A stretch of 64,000 bases of DNA from the human T2T-CHM13v2.0 reference genome, Homo sapiens. The position numbers and the translations under genes were made by a program. Shown here piece by piece: positions 42,718 through 56,304 of this stretch; position 1 is the stretch's first letter, and each line of letters opens with the position of its first letter. Location of the stretch: the NCBI RefSeq assembly GCF_009914755.1, contig NC_060933.1; one strand, 5' to 3'. Below the pieces are notes generated by a model. The model saw nothing but the letters and a program-made list of their open reading frames with translations. It was not told the DNA's origin and ran no database searches.

Positions 42718-43115
42718 TGTTTTAGTCTGTTCCTGGTCTTATAACAAATACCACAAACTGGGTAATTTATGATTACAGAAATGTATTTCTGAAAGTTCAG
42801 GAGTTGGGAAGTTCAAGATTATGGCACCAACATATTCATTGTCTGATGAGGGCCTGTTTCACAGATGTCATTTTGCATGACTTAATCACATGGTAGGAAA
42901 AGCAAAGGGACAAAATGGACAAATGCCATGTTGTCACATGGCAGAAGAAATGGAAGAGCCAGGAAGCTCTCAGAAGCTTCCTTAATTAGGATATTAATCT
43001 CATTCATGAGTGCATAGCCATCATGACTTAATTGCCTCCAAAGGCCCCACTTCCTCATCACTTTGAGGATTAAACTTAAACATGAATTTGGAGGAAATAT
43101 ATCCAAACTCTAGGA
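42718..43115 (-). mobile_element. MST/MLT1A-type MaLR LTR
   Basis: 'tagtctgtt...tataacaaataccacaaactgggtaattt...gggaagttcaagat...ctccaaaggccccacttc...acatgaatttggagg'. Confidence 0.85.
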
Positions 43116-43927
43116 CTAGTTTAAATGTAGCTAAAAAGGTTTCTTCATTCTGTAATCGTTAATATGCTAATATTTTTGTAAATATCCAAGAGGAAGCTAA
43201 AGCATATAATATTCCAAAATTTATTTCTGTTTGTGGATATTATGTTTTCCTCTCATTCTATCTTAAGAAATTAGTGTCCTCAAGAAACACTATATAGGAT
43301 AATTGTCTTTCAAGTTCATCAACTACCAGTTCTTGATTCTTCAGTAGCTAATCCTAGATAGTAATACTTAACAGATTATAAAAACTTGGGTGCTGCTATA
43401 TAAATGCGCTGAAACTCCCAGGGAACCAAACATAAGGACTTAAAGAGAGATGTAACTAGGGATCATAATCATGAATTTCAGCTGCTTCTCTATCTTTGTC
43501 AGTGAGCAAATGACCATACAAAATAAGGTATTCAATTATTAATTCTGTGCCCATATCCCGGAATTTTGCCCAATATATTTGTAAGTTTAGATAAATAAGG
43601 CACTAATGCCAGGGATATGTAGCATTAGTTCTGGGTTTATAAAGGGATATTCACAACCTCTTGCCATCCACAGAATTTATCAGCCCAAAGTAAACTATAC
43701 TCGTTGGTTAAGGGCAACCTGAGACATGTTTAAAACTGAGGTGGACTGAAGAGTCAACTAATTGCAGGAATCTTTTATTTGGTTGAAATGTTCAAACAAG
43801 TCCCACTCTGAATTCTATTAGAAGTCCATCATTGGCTTCTCTCTCTTTCTCACTGTCTTAAATCATGTATTTTATAACACTATGAAGAATGAAGTTCAAA
43901 AGAATAAGCTAAATTTAATTAATTAAA

Positions 43928-45151
43928 TTATTTATTTATTTATTTTGAGACAGAGTCTCACTCTGTCACCCAGGCCAGAGTTCAGTTGCACGATCTTGGC
44001 TCAGTGCATCCTTCACCTCCTGGGCTCAAGAGATCCTCCTGAAGCAGGGCATTTCCCTGACCCCTTCATGGGACTCGTGACAGGGGTGCCCCATTTACTC
44101 AGCCCACTGCTCTCAACTCCTCAAGGGAGGGAGTGCGCAATTGAACAAGGCAGGAACTGGAGTACACGAGTGCTGGAACCAGTGGCCTCTTTGGTGCCAG
44201 AAGGAGTGAACTCACCCACTCTGACCTGCTGTGTTCCACCTCTTGCAGGAGAGAGCATGCAGGTGAGCAGGTACAGGAGCCAGGAAGAGAGCTTTGGGGT
44301 GTTGGCAGGAGCAAACTCCATGTGGGCCCCATAGCAGCCCCTGGGGTTAGGGGGGTGCCTGTGATTCCTGAAGCCCCAGTGGGCATATTACAGTGCTCCT
44401 TTAGCTCTGCCGTCTTCAGACAGCTGAAGTTTTAGCAGCTCAGCATGCCTTTTTGTATCCACACTCACTCCTGAGCTCTTGTTTGGCATCCAGGAAAAAA
44501 TCAGCTCACAGAAACGAATTGAAGGATGGTAAATGCAGAGGATTTTATTGCCAAGGAAAGTGGCTCTCAGCAGGAAGGGCAGCTGGGAAGGAGATGTAGC
44601 AGGAAGGTTTCTGGCTGGACTCTTCTCCAAAGTTGCACTGTCAAGCTGTCTCTCTGAAATCAAGCTGCTTCTCTCCAACGTCCAACCGTAGTCTCTGATG
44701 CCCAGCTGCTGCTTCTCTTTTGATGTTCAGCTGCTTCTCTTTTTTGCTAGCTGAGTCTGGGGTTTTTATGGGCACAGGATGGGGGACAGGGGAGGTCATG
44801 GGTAATTTTGTAAAAGGCAACATTTGAGTGGGAAAACAGGAATGTATGTTCTCACTTTGGGCTTTGGTTCCAGGCTTGAGGGTGGAGCCGTTGCCAGGGA
44901 CCTGCCCTCTTTTGCCCAGAATTTCCCTGCCTCCCTTCCCTATCACTCCCACCCCATCACTCCCACCTCAACATCCTGAGTAGCTGGGATTATAGGCGCA
45001 CACCACCGCATCTGATTAATATTTAAATTTTTTGTAGAGACAGGGTTTTGTCATGTTGCCCAGGCCGGTCTCAAACCCTGGGCTCAAGTGATTTGCCCAC
45101 CTCAGCCTCCCAAAGTTCTGGGATTACAGGTGTGAGCCAGTGTGCCTGGCC
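43928..45151 (-). mobile_element. AluJ split by an LTR insertion
   Basis: Alu pieces at 43928-44039 and ~44950-45151 join into one J-type Alu. Confidence 0.9.
44040..44945 (-). mobile_element. ERV1 solo LTR (LTR1/LTR27/28/MER52-like)
   Basis: TG...CA ends with a 4-bp TSD CTCC (44036-44039 / 44946-44949). The - strand starts TGATAGGGAAGGGAGGCAGGGAAATTCTGGG...CCACCCTCAAGCCTGG. Confidence 0.85.
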
Positions 45152-45879
45152 CTAAATAATATTTATATGGGCATTTTGTAATTATTATTTTTTAATAATA
45201 TAAATGTTTCCTTTTTAATATGAATTTTTCAAGAGTTTTATAATTGACTGATTATTCATTAAAATTTAATGAAGGACAGGAATTGGCTATTTTTCTGAAT
45301 GACAAAAATTAGGAAATTTTTAGAGAGATGATGAATTTATCCTAGAATATATGGAAAGAGTAAATCTTGTTATATAGAACAAGCAACTTTCCAATCCGAA
45401 GGATCTTAGAATAATAAAAATTTTTTTTCTTATAATTGTTTTCTTATAATTGTTTCAAAGTAATACTTTAGACCAAAAATTGTATATCTCAGTAGGTGGC
45501 CTATATGATAATTAAAAAATTAAAAGCTAAGTTAATTAAATTTTTAATTAATTTAATTTTTATTAATTTTAATTATCAATCTTCATTGAAGAATTTTGTC
45601 CAAAAAATGTGGACAATATGTGTCATAAGGATTAATCACCATAAAATAGTCCCCAAAGGAAATTAAAGGACTGATTAGATAGTACTAAAATAACAATCAT
45701 ACAAAGTAGAAAGTGGTGTTATAAGAGAAATGTAGATAAAATATTGTAAGAAACTAAAGTAGGAAGATAATGTTTTGAGTTGTGGGAGATCAGGGAAGGT
45801 TTTTTGGAAAAAGTAACGTTTAAGCTAGATCTTAGAGAGACATGACTTAATAGAAAAGTAGGCAAAAAAATATGAATAA

Positions 45880-46860
45880 CCCTTTCAGATTACAGGCAAT
45901 ACAAATTATGATAAATATAAAAAAATTCTTACTTCACTAGTAATCAAGTAATTGAATTAAACAATTGGATACCATTTTTTCTTCAGCAGACTGGCAAAAC
46001 ATAAGATGTTAACAAGGGTTTTGAGGGTACAGGGAAGAGGGTAGGCTCAAACTATGCTGGTATCAATGTATAACCAAGATCTCCTTTGGAGTACAATTGT
46101 TATATAGTCTACATTCTGTAAAAACTAAACACATATGTTTGCCTTTCCACTTTTGGAAATACATGGTAGATAATCATGCAAGAATGTCAATTGCAGTATT
46201 GTGTTGTAATTTTTAAAAATACTCTAGATATTCATCAATATATAACTACAAATAAAAATAGTTGGACTATCATGCAGACTACAATGCCTCTATTGTGGCA
46301 TAATAGTTAATAATACAATCTCTGAGAGCAGAATATCTGGATTTGAATAATTTGCTCTCCCTCTAAATGACCTTGAGCAAAGTACTTACAATCTTTTTCT
46401 CTCTTCCATAAAATGGAGATAACAGCATTGCCAATTTATTAGCTTGTCATGATGATTAAATGAGATAATCCATATATCACACCAAGTACCCACTACGTAA
46501 TAAGCAACTAATTAAATTTGACTAATATTAATAATTTCATTATTATTCATCTTAATATCATGGCATGACTTCTAAGGTATATTATTAAATAGAAAAAGAT
46601 AAGTTTTAAACTGAGCCATAGTTTAGAACTTGACTTAAAGCAGACTCACAAAGCAAATGCTCATATCTAGGACAGGTAAATCTACACGTGTTTATACACA
46701 CATTCACTGTATTTGGGGAAAATACACACCAAACTGGAAACACTGGTTGTCTCTGAAGAAGAGACAGGGCTTTGGCAATATTCAAATTAGGCTTTAACTG
46801 TTTCTGAAAGTTTCAGTTCTCTATAAGGAGAAGGTATTACTTATGTAATTTTTAAAAATT
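45880..46860 (+). mobile_element. L1ME-type fragments flanking a MIR
   Basis: 'cttcactagtaatcaag...gataccattttt...cagactggcaaaa' and 'atacacaccaaactg...ggttgtctctg'. Confidence 0.55.
46290..46540 (+). mobile_element. MIR
   Basis: 'tgaccttgagcaaagtactta...taaaatggagataa...gattaaatgagataatccat'. Confidence 0.8.
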
Positions 46861-48953
46861 ACATATTAAGTACTAAATGACTGAAGCTTCTTAGAATTGA
46901 TGGGTGCAGGCATCACATGGGCAGCAAGGCATTCACATAATGGAGAATCATGGTCTCCTGTAGATGTCTAGGAGTGATAAAATTAACTACCTTTTAGGTG
47001 GTGTAGTTTCCTGGTTGAGCTGATAATTATTAAATTAATGATTAGTAGGTTATTTCTCAACACCGAAGAGATTATTAGTGTTTCAAAGTTTTCACTGTAA
47101 TTCATCTGTAAAACCATTCAACCTACCTCCAGTACACCTCAGTAATCTGGTGACAAGAGAGTATTCTTGCTCACTTTATTTACTCTTCAGTGATCTAATG
47201 CCAATAATGCCAGCCTATAGAAACAACAGCCAATTATAACAAAAAGCACATTAGAAAGTCAAATATAGCTGGGTAATAGACATAAAAATACCTTATTAAC
47301 ATTTTTATAACACTCTGAACTGAAATAAACAGACCACTCTCGATTTTAGCATCTGGTTCCAAACAATTCTTGTTTGGGTGATAACTTTTTAAAAACAAAT
47401 GTTGGGCATCTTTCATCGACTTTTCATCAAGTAACAGCTGTTCCTTTAGAGCAAAATGTATGCATGTTGGAAGTGTGACTGATGCTCACTTCTGTTTTGT
47501 TCTGTGTGAGAAAGCTTTATGTTGGGTGCAATTCAGAAAACAAATGGTTTCAAATCTTTTGAATAGATGCCATAGCACAGTTTAAATGCAGCTTCTTGTG
47601 ATTTTTAGAATAATTTCAGCCACAATTTTTACATTCAATTTATAACTATACTAAGACATTCTCCTTCAGAACAAAGGCATTTCTGTTTTCATGTGCTCTT
47701 GGGCATCTTCGGGTCATTCATTATATCAATCATTTATCTTCGTAAAGCGATTGGCTATGAACAATTACTTACTACACCAAAGCATGAAAGAAATAGATAT
47801 AGCTCATCTGCTCTTGAATGCATTTCTACAGATTCCCTTAGGATAATTCCTGTTTCAACTTAAGCTATTAAATTTTTTGCTGCATTCAAATCACCTCATC
47901 TGCTGAAACATGTGGAGACAAATAACCACAGACGTTTGCATGAAGGTTCAGGTGTATTTAAGGGCAGCTTAATTATAAGACACTATGAAATTCTCCTAAT
48001 TAATTTGGAGCTAAATATTCTACATCAAATATTTTACAAAACTTAAAGAAATATTTACTTTTCACATGATTACGATTTTGATACTAGGTTAAAAATGACT
48101 TATACTGGCATTTTTTAAACAGTTTAAGACAAATAATGTTTTTGATACTGTTTATTATAACATATGAAAAGTCTTTATGCAGATATACTCTATTTTATCG
48201 TCTGTTCATTTCATGTTGCATTTGCATGCACTCCTGAATTACTTGTTACTAAAACATACAGAACAGACAGAAAGTTAAAATTGGTTAATTTCTATCTAAT
48301 CTGGATAAGATAAACACAATGAGTGAAATAAATAATTATGTCAAATAACAAAAACCTCATGCATAGAAACTTCAACATTTCTGAATAACAAAAAGTATAA
48401 CATTATGTAGGGCAATGTTCCACTTTTGTATCAACTAGAAATAAGCCCTGAATCTGAATGATGAAATTTTAATAGTAACTGTTGACCACAGGGCAGAGTT
48501 TACTCTCTTGGTCAGATGCTTTTGTGAATGACACAAACTGTGTGTCCAGATCACTTTTCCCTATAATCACTTCAAATTACTTGACTTTTTGATCTCTTCC
48601 TTTTTTCTGTCTCTTTTTTGTCCACAACAGATATTCCAAATATCCACCAAGTTTTCAAATACTCCAGTCCATATTTGGTCTTCCCATTCCTAGCAGAAGT
48701 ACTTTGTCTTCTACTTCCCAGAATAATGTTAATTATCTTATTTTAGACTTGCTTGCTTTAATTTGTATTTATTCTTGGCTTTTTTTCTTTCCATCTCACA
48801 GGATAAGAGGGCATCTCTTCTTCCATATTCATAAATACGTTGCCAACAGGAATTTGTTGTTATTTACACTTTCTTCTCCTAGACATTTTAATTTTACTTA
48901 CCTTCCCTGAGCACATGGCAAAGTCAAAACACAAGCAGAATCTTACTTATGAA

Positions 48954-49355
48954 TAGAGGCAGATTTATTAAGCCAGGGGTAGGCAAACTATAGCCAATGA
49001 GCCAAAGCCAGGCTGCCACGGGTTTTTATAAATAAAATTTTATAGGAACTCAGCCACAGACATTCCTTTACATATTGCCTACAGCTGCTTAAGCACTACA
49101 AAGGCAAAGTTGCATATTTACAACACAAATAATATGGCCTGCAAGCCTAAAGTATCTACTATCGTGCCCTTTATAGAAAATGTTTATCAGCTTTTGTTCT
49201 CTTATCCTAAGTTATGAGGCTTACATTTCCGGCCACCTCATTTGCATTTGAGTTTCCAGTTTTGAGTTTGTAGTTTTGTATTCTTGCTTAAAGAGCCCCA
49301 AACCCTGACCGCCAAATTGAATGTGCTGTAGATCCCACAAAATATGGATCCAATC
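48954..49355 (+). mobile_element. MER69A-like hAT-Tip100 MITE with nested MER58A
   Basis: 'agaggcagattta' ... 'ttttgtattcttgcttaaagag...cccacaaaatatggatcc' flank the MER58A. Confidence 0.65.
48974..49196 (+). mobile_element. MER58A hAT-Charlie MITE
   Basis: 'caggggtaggcaaactatagcc...tttttataaataaaattttataggaactcagccac...gccctttatagaaaatgttt'. Confidence 0.9.
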
Positions 49356-49451
49356 AAGCTGATGCCATGTCATTATCTGTAGCTTTTATTCTTTGCCATC
49401 ACACACCTTCCTTGAACAGTTAGGCTTCTGCAAAAAATCTTAAATAATCAC

Positions 49452-51716
49452 TGATATGGGTTGGTTCTGTGTCTTCACCCAAATCTCATCTTGTAGCTCC
49501 CATAATTTCCACGTGTTATGGGAAGGATCCAGTGGGAGATGTCTGAATCATGAGGGCACGTATGTCCCATGCTGTTCCCATGATAGTGAATGGATCTCAC
49601 GAGATCTGATGGTGTTAAAAATGGGAGTTTCTCCACACAATCTCTTTTTTGCCTGCTGCCATCCATGTAAGATGTAGCTTACTCCTTGCCTTCCACCACG
49701 ATTATGATGCCTCTCCAGCCATGTGGAACTGTAAGTCCAACAAACCACTTTCTTTCGTAAATTGCCCAGTTGCAGGTATGTTTTTATCAGCAGCATGAAA
49801 ATGAACTAATACAGTAAATTGTTACCAGTAGAGTGGGGTGCTGGTGGAAACATATCCAAAAATATGGAAGCGACATTGGAACTGTGTAACAAGCAGAGGT
49901 TGGAACAGTTTGGAGGACTCAGAAGAAGACAGGAAAATGTGGCCAAGTTTGGAACTTCCTAGAGACTTGCTGAATGGCTTTGAACAAAATGCTGACAGTG
50001 ATATGGACAATGAAATCCAGGCTGAAGTGGTCTCAGCTGGTGATAAGGAACTTGTTGGGAACCGGAGTAAAGGTGAATCTTGCTACATTTTAGCAAAGAC
50101 ACTGGTGGCATTTTGCCCGGCCCTATAGATTTGTAGAACTTTGAACTTGAGAGAGATGATTTAGGGTATCTGGCAGAAGAAATTTCTAAGCAGGAAAGCA
50201 CTTAAAATGTGAATTCGGTGCTGTTGAGGGCGTTCAGTTTTATAAGGGAAGCAGAGCATAAAAATTTGGAAAATTTGCAGCCTGACAATGCAATAGAAAA
50301 GAAAATCCCATTTTCTGAGGAGAAATCCAAGCCAGCTATGGACATTTGCATAAGATAATGGGGAAAATGTCTCCAGGACATGTCAAAGGTCTTTACCTCA
50401 GCCTCTCCCATCACAGGCACAGAGACCTAGGAGGAAGAAGTGGTTTTGTGGGCTGGGCCCAGGGTTCCTTTGCTGTGTGCAGCCTAGGGACTTCATCCCC
50501 TGCATCACAGCAACTCTAGCTATGGCTGAAAGGGGACAACATAGAGCTCAGGCTATGGCTTCAGAGGGTGCAAGCCCCAAGCTTTGGCATCTCCCATGTG
50601 GTGTTGAGCCTACGAGTGCACAGAAGTCAAGAATTGAGGTTTGGGAACCTCTGCCTAGATTTCAGAAGATGTATGGAAACGCCTGAATGCCGAGGCAGGA
50701 GTTTGCCACATGGGTGGGGTCCTCATGGAGAACCTCTGCTAGGGCAGTGCAGAAGGAAAATGTGGGGAGGGAGCCCCCACACAGAATCCCTACTGGGGCA
50801 CCACCTAGTGGAGCTGTGAGAAGAGGGCCACCGTCTTCCAGACCCCAGAAGTGTAGATCCACTGACAGCTTGCACTGTGTGCGTGGAAAAGCTGCAGACA
50901 CTTAACACCAGCCCATGAAGGCAGCCAGGAGGGAGACTGTACCCTGCAGAGCCAGAGGGGTGGAACTGCCCAAGACCATGGGTATCCACCTCTTGCCTCA
51001 GCGTGACCTAGATGTGAGACATGGAGTCAAAGGAGCTTTAGATTTGACTGCCCTTCTGGATTTCAGAATTGCATGGGGCTTGTAGCCTCTTTGTTTTGGC
51101 CAATTTCTCCCATTTGCAATGGCTGCGTTTACCCAATCCCTGTACCCCTATAACCCCATTGTATCTAGGAAGTAACTAACTTGATTTTGATTTTGCAGGG
51201 TCATAGGTGGAAGGGACTTGCCTTGTCTCAGATGAAACTTTGGACTGTGGACTTTTGAGTTAATGCTAAAAAGAGTTGACATTTTGGGGGACTGTTGGGA
51301 AGGCATGACTGGTTTTGAAACATGCAGATATGAGATTTGGGAGGGGCTGGAGTGAAATGATATGGTTTGGCTCTGTGTCCCCATCCAAATCTCATCTTCT
51401 AGCTCCCATAATTTCTGTATGTAGTGGGAGGGACCTGATGGGAGAAGACTGAATCATGGGGGCAGGTCTTTCCCATGCTGTTCTCATAATAGTGAATGGG
51501 TCTCACAAGATCTAGTGGTGTTAAAAACAGGATTTTCTCTGCACAAGCTCTTTTTTTGCCTGCTGCCACCCACATAAGATGTGTCTTGCTCCTTTTTGCC
51601 ATGATTGTGAGTCCTCCCCAGCCATGTGGAACTGTATGTCCAATAAACCTTTTTCTTTTGTAAGTTGTCCAGTCGTGGGTATGTCTTTATCAGCAGTGTT
51701 AAAATGGACTAATACA
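49452..51716 (+). mobile_element. Complete THE1 (THE1C-like) MaLR element: LTR-int-LTR
   Basis: 5' LTR 49452-49813, internal 49814-51357 (MaLR ORF remnant RGWNSLEDSEEDRKMW...LPRDLLNGF), PPT, 3' LTR 51358-51716. Perfect TSD ATCAC (49447-49451 / 51717-51721). Confidence 0.97.
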
Positions 51717-53141
51717 ATCACTCTATCAAATGAGATAATATTTATTCCTTTACCACTGACAACTCTCTCTCGGCTCTTCTATTCAATCATGTTACTGATA
51801 GACGCTTTGCTTTTTGTTTTTGTTGTTTAACCTGATTGTTATAGCTTATTTTATGAATTTCTGTTCTTCTTTTAATTTTACAACAATTTTACTATTTCTC
51901 CTTACATGTTTATAAGTCATATGGAGACTCCTTCTCATCTACCCTGACCCCAGAATATTAAAACTTTTCAGAGTTTCAGGATTAATTCCATTATATGGAC
52001 ATGATTCCTTGAGATAGGAAAAACTGATTGGATTGTGACATTAGACTTATCAGAATCTAAGATCTTACAAAATATAAAGCTTTACTAGTAATTTCACGAA
52101 CTCAGGTAATCATTAGGCATAGGCAAATCAGAGGATTATTTAGATCTCTTAATCTGATTCTTTAGATCCTTGGTTCTGTCATTAGATACTCCCTTGCCCA
52201 GGCAGATAGATGAGACTTCTAGAGAGGTATGCAGACAATTTATTTACATGGAGATACCTGTCTCAATTATCAAATATCTTAATTTTTATGCAGATAGTTA
52301 CATATGTGGTATATGTGACATTTTCCAGGGAGCCCCATAAATCCACAACCTTCTACTTTGTTAACCATAAGCAATTCTAAACGACCAAGTACATTCTGCT
52401 AAAAGCATTTCTGTGATAGATAATCACTCTCCTGCCAGCAAAAAAACAAATTGTTTGTCAGGAGCTGTCATTAGTATGTTTATATAAGCAAAATGGGCTT
52501 CCTTCCTTCTGTGGATCCTGGCAGGGCATCTCAGTAATCAGAAAGAATCAAAGACCCTTTCCTTCCCAATCTGCTCTGGCCTTGGTCAACATCTTAGTGC
52601 CAAATATTGCTGGTGTATTATCATTATTGGCTTACACCATTTTCTGCAGTGTTTCACTTAAGCCAACTAATACTCTGACCTTGATTTGAACCATCCAACA
52701 GAGAGTAGGAATTCCCTCCACAAAGCATGTTACTCATTAACATCTTCCTTTACAAGTCTCTTGATGTTCATTCACAAACTCAATTACCTTTTTCCTCCAT
52801 CAACCTCAATTATTTGCATCATTTTCCATGGGCCTATGGGAGTATTTAATTGAATACATATTTTTTCTTCTCAAATCAAATTTTCTGAAAAAAATTTGTT
52901 TCTATGAACTGTATTTTAGGTATATTCCAGGTTGGTACAAACACTAATTTTCAGGGGTCATTATGTCAAAGAGCCCATCCACACCCCATGGCCTACATAT
53001 GTCAAAGGATTGTTCTTTATTCATCCACTTTCTATGAATTCCACACACGGGAGATAAACTTCTTTTTCATCCATATTACCAGGGTTGTCAGGGAGCAACA
53101 CTGAAGGTCACAGTGTTCAGTGAAACCTTGCCATAACTTAG

Positions 53142-53628
<487 letters not shown>

Positions 53629-54914
53629 TTGAGCTTGTTTCTTTATGAATTCCTGCAACTCAACATTAAAGACATAATATCCCATAGTGATTAATATATC
53701 CAATAGTCCTTCCTGACTAAAGGTACAAAGTTAATCCTAGTGTTGTTAATAAGCATGGAAGTCATTATTTATTCAGTGTCTTCGGTTCAAGCATTGTCTT
53801 AAACCAAACTGATTTCCTACTACAACTGAGTCCTCTAAAAACAGCTTCCTCTAGTGTCCCTATTTGAAGTAGCAAGTCATTTTTATCATAATGATGGGCC
53901 TCCTAGAACACTACTTCAATTAGATTTAATATCACATGACCAAATCCTGTAATTCTTTCAAAATGCCTGGCAAAGGGGCCAGTGCTGCTTAACTTGCCAC
54001 TCATGTAGTTCATATTATGTGCTAATTAAATGTGTCTAGTTTGAAAGCATTGTCTACACCTACAAATAATGTGCTTCATGAAATTCTCAATTAGGTATAT
54101 CCTAGCACCAGATACCGTTTTATCTGGCTGTGCCATAGGCTTCCCTTAAATGTCCTCTACTTACCTCTTGAGGGAGTTATTTATAATTTTAAAGCATTAA
54201 AGCAAACATAAAATCACATTCTCTGAGGCTTTCTAGGTTCTAGTTTTATATTATTTAAATTAATTCCATTTACATTCACACTGATATGTTCAAAGCAACA
54301 GACCAGATCAAGCTGTGACATACCAGACAGGCAGCCACTATCTGCTTTCTATCATAACCAGGGAGCTGTCTTAGCAATGTATCATTTTGATTTATGGCCA
54401 TATAGGGTGCAGAAATTCTATTCTACAGCATCCTCTGCTCTGTACAATTCATTGGTAGTTTCTCTGGAAAAAAATAATCTAGAATGGTAAACAAAGCCTA
54501 GAAACTGAGTGATAACTGTAGTCAACTACACACAAGCTGAGTTGTCAGGGGGCACTTTGTCATCTGTTTTATTCAAATTATACAGGTAGAACATCCAAAT
54601 CAGTAGGAGTCCAATTTTCCTTTTCTGCAGTAAGCAGGCCAAGAGATTTTCACCAACAAAGCCCATTTGTTTGGATGACAATAGCAAAAGATAGTTAAGT
54701 ATGATATCCTCACTCTGAGCTGTTTGCATGAAAATATTGTAGTGGCTTCCCTCCACGGTAATGTAATCTACTTATAAACACCTTTCCCATCTGCTGTGAT
54801 TTTACCCTATTTCCAAATGCTTCCTCCCAATATCAGGCTGTATAACTCATCATGCATAATGTTTGCCCGCACAATCAATAACAAGAACCTTACTAGCACA
54901 CCCAAACAAATGTT

Positions 54915-55008
54915 TGGGTTTTATTTGTTTGTTTAACTTTTATTTTAAGTTCATGGGTACATGTGCAGATTTGTTACACAGGTAAACTTGTGTCATGGGG
55001 TTTGTTGT
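54915..55008 (-). mobile_element. Extremely 5'-truncated L1PA 3' end
   Basis: 'aacttttattttaagttcatgggtacatgtgcagatttgttacacaggtaaacttgtgtcatggggtttgttgt' with a 12-bp TSD CAAACAAATGTT (54903-54914 / 55009-55020). Confidence 0.9.
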
Positions 55009-55404
55009 CAAACAAATGTTATAAGTGACAGACAAAGGACCTCAGAAGTCTCTCCTCTGCTTGATAATGGAGCTACCTTCACCTTTAGCCCTAATTGGTT
55101 ACATAGGAAGGAACTTTTGATCCACCACAAATTACCTTTCAGAAAAGGCACAGTCAAATTAAATGACAGAAATATCATGTCTTGGGTATTGTATAATCTT
55201 CCTCTGGTGCAAGTAAATTTAAAACTGGGTTTGAGACCGCCATTAGAGGCCAAATAAAAGTATTAGAGGTGGGAAAGATATAAAGTTATATATTATTGCA
55301 TTCTCCTTCACTCCCTCATTACTACCTCTTGATATTAGTAAGGCACAGTGGATTTTGTTATTTATTTCTCATATTAGTCTCAGGACGCAATGGTTTCACT
55401 AAAT

Positions 55405-55481
55405 GAACCCTTAATAATTTTTGAGCAAGGGGCCTTGCTTTTCATTTTTCACTGGGTTACAGAAGTTATGTAGCTGGTCCT
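55405..55481 (+). mobile_element. MER91-like hAT fragment
   Basis: 'cttaataatttttgagcaaggggcc...ttttcatttttcactggg...ttatgtagctggtcct'. Confidence 0.7.
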
Positions 55482-55744
55482 TCCTGTTGACATTGGCTGT
55501 GTCATTCAGTGCAACAGCATGTGTCTTTCAAATGGATTATAGCAAACAGCTGCCACAGGCATATTTTGAGTCAAAATCCTAAGGAGTCTAAATTGGTGGT
55601 CTCATTTAACTTTTCCTAAAGGGCTCTAGTTTGGGTATGCCCTAATATCATCTGACCAGTTGGATGGGATCATAAGGGCCTAATGTTATTGCCTGTGCTA
55701 CCACCTACCACGATACTTTTCATGCTTATTTCTGTTCAGTACCT

Positions 55745-56171
55745 GCAGTGAGTTAAGTAGTGCTCTTCTGAAATTATTATTCATTCAGAATCTCAGAAGG
55801 TGACCTTCTTTAGAAATTTGCACATATAATTAGTTAAGATGAGCTCCTACTAGATTAAGGAGGGTCCTAATTCCAATGACTGGAGGTGTTTTTATAAGAA
55901 GAGAGGACACATGGAGAAGAGATTGAAAATGAAAGCAGAAATTGGAGTAATAAATCTATAAGTAATAAAGCTCCAAAAATTTGTAGGAGAGAGTAGAACC
56001 TAGGCAGGGGCAAGAAAAGATTTTTTTCTGTGGCTTTTCAAGGAAGCGTGACCCTATTGACTCCTTGGCTTCAGACTTCTAGCCTCCAGAACTGTGAAAT
56101 AATAAATTTCAGTTGTTTTAAGCTACCCAGTCTGTGGTAATTTGTTCCAGCAGCCCTAGGAAAGTACTACA
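55745..56171 (+). mobile_element. MLT1B/C LTR nested in the ERVL relic
   Basis: 'cagacttctagcctccagaactgtgaaataataaatttcagttgttttaagctacccagtctgtggtaatttgttccagcagccctaggaaa'. Confidence 0.88.
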
Positions 56172-56304
56172 ATGCTGTATTCACGTTCTGAACTCTTTCC
56201 AGTTATTTTGTGAGTATGGGTAGACAAGATTCTTAGAACAGTCTTGACAGTCTCTGAGTTTATTGCTTATTGGTGGGTCCTATGAAAGATAAATTACTTC
56301 TCAC

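Noticed and set aside
43945-44952. ORFs of 95-129 aa
   Set aside because: Alu/LTR chimeric or LTR-internal chance ORFs.
47234-47416. 60-aa ORF in the unique island
   Set aside because: No recognisable protein similarity and no convincing splice sites.
49456-51830. Cluster of many overlapping ORFs
   Set aside because: All lie within the THE1 element; they are fragments of the decayed MaLR ORF or chance frames.
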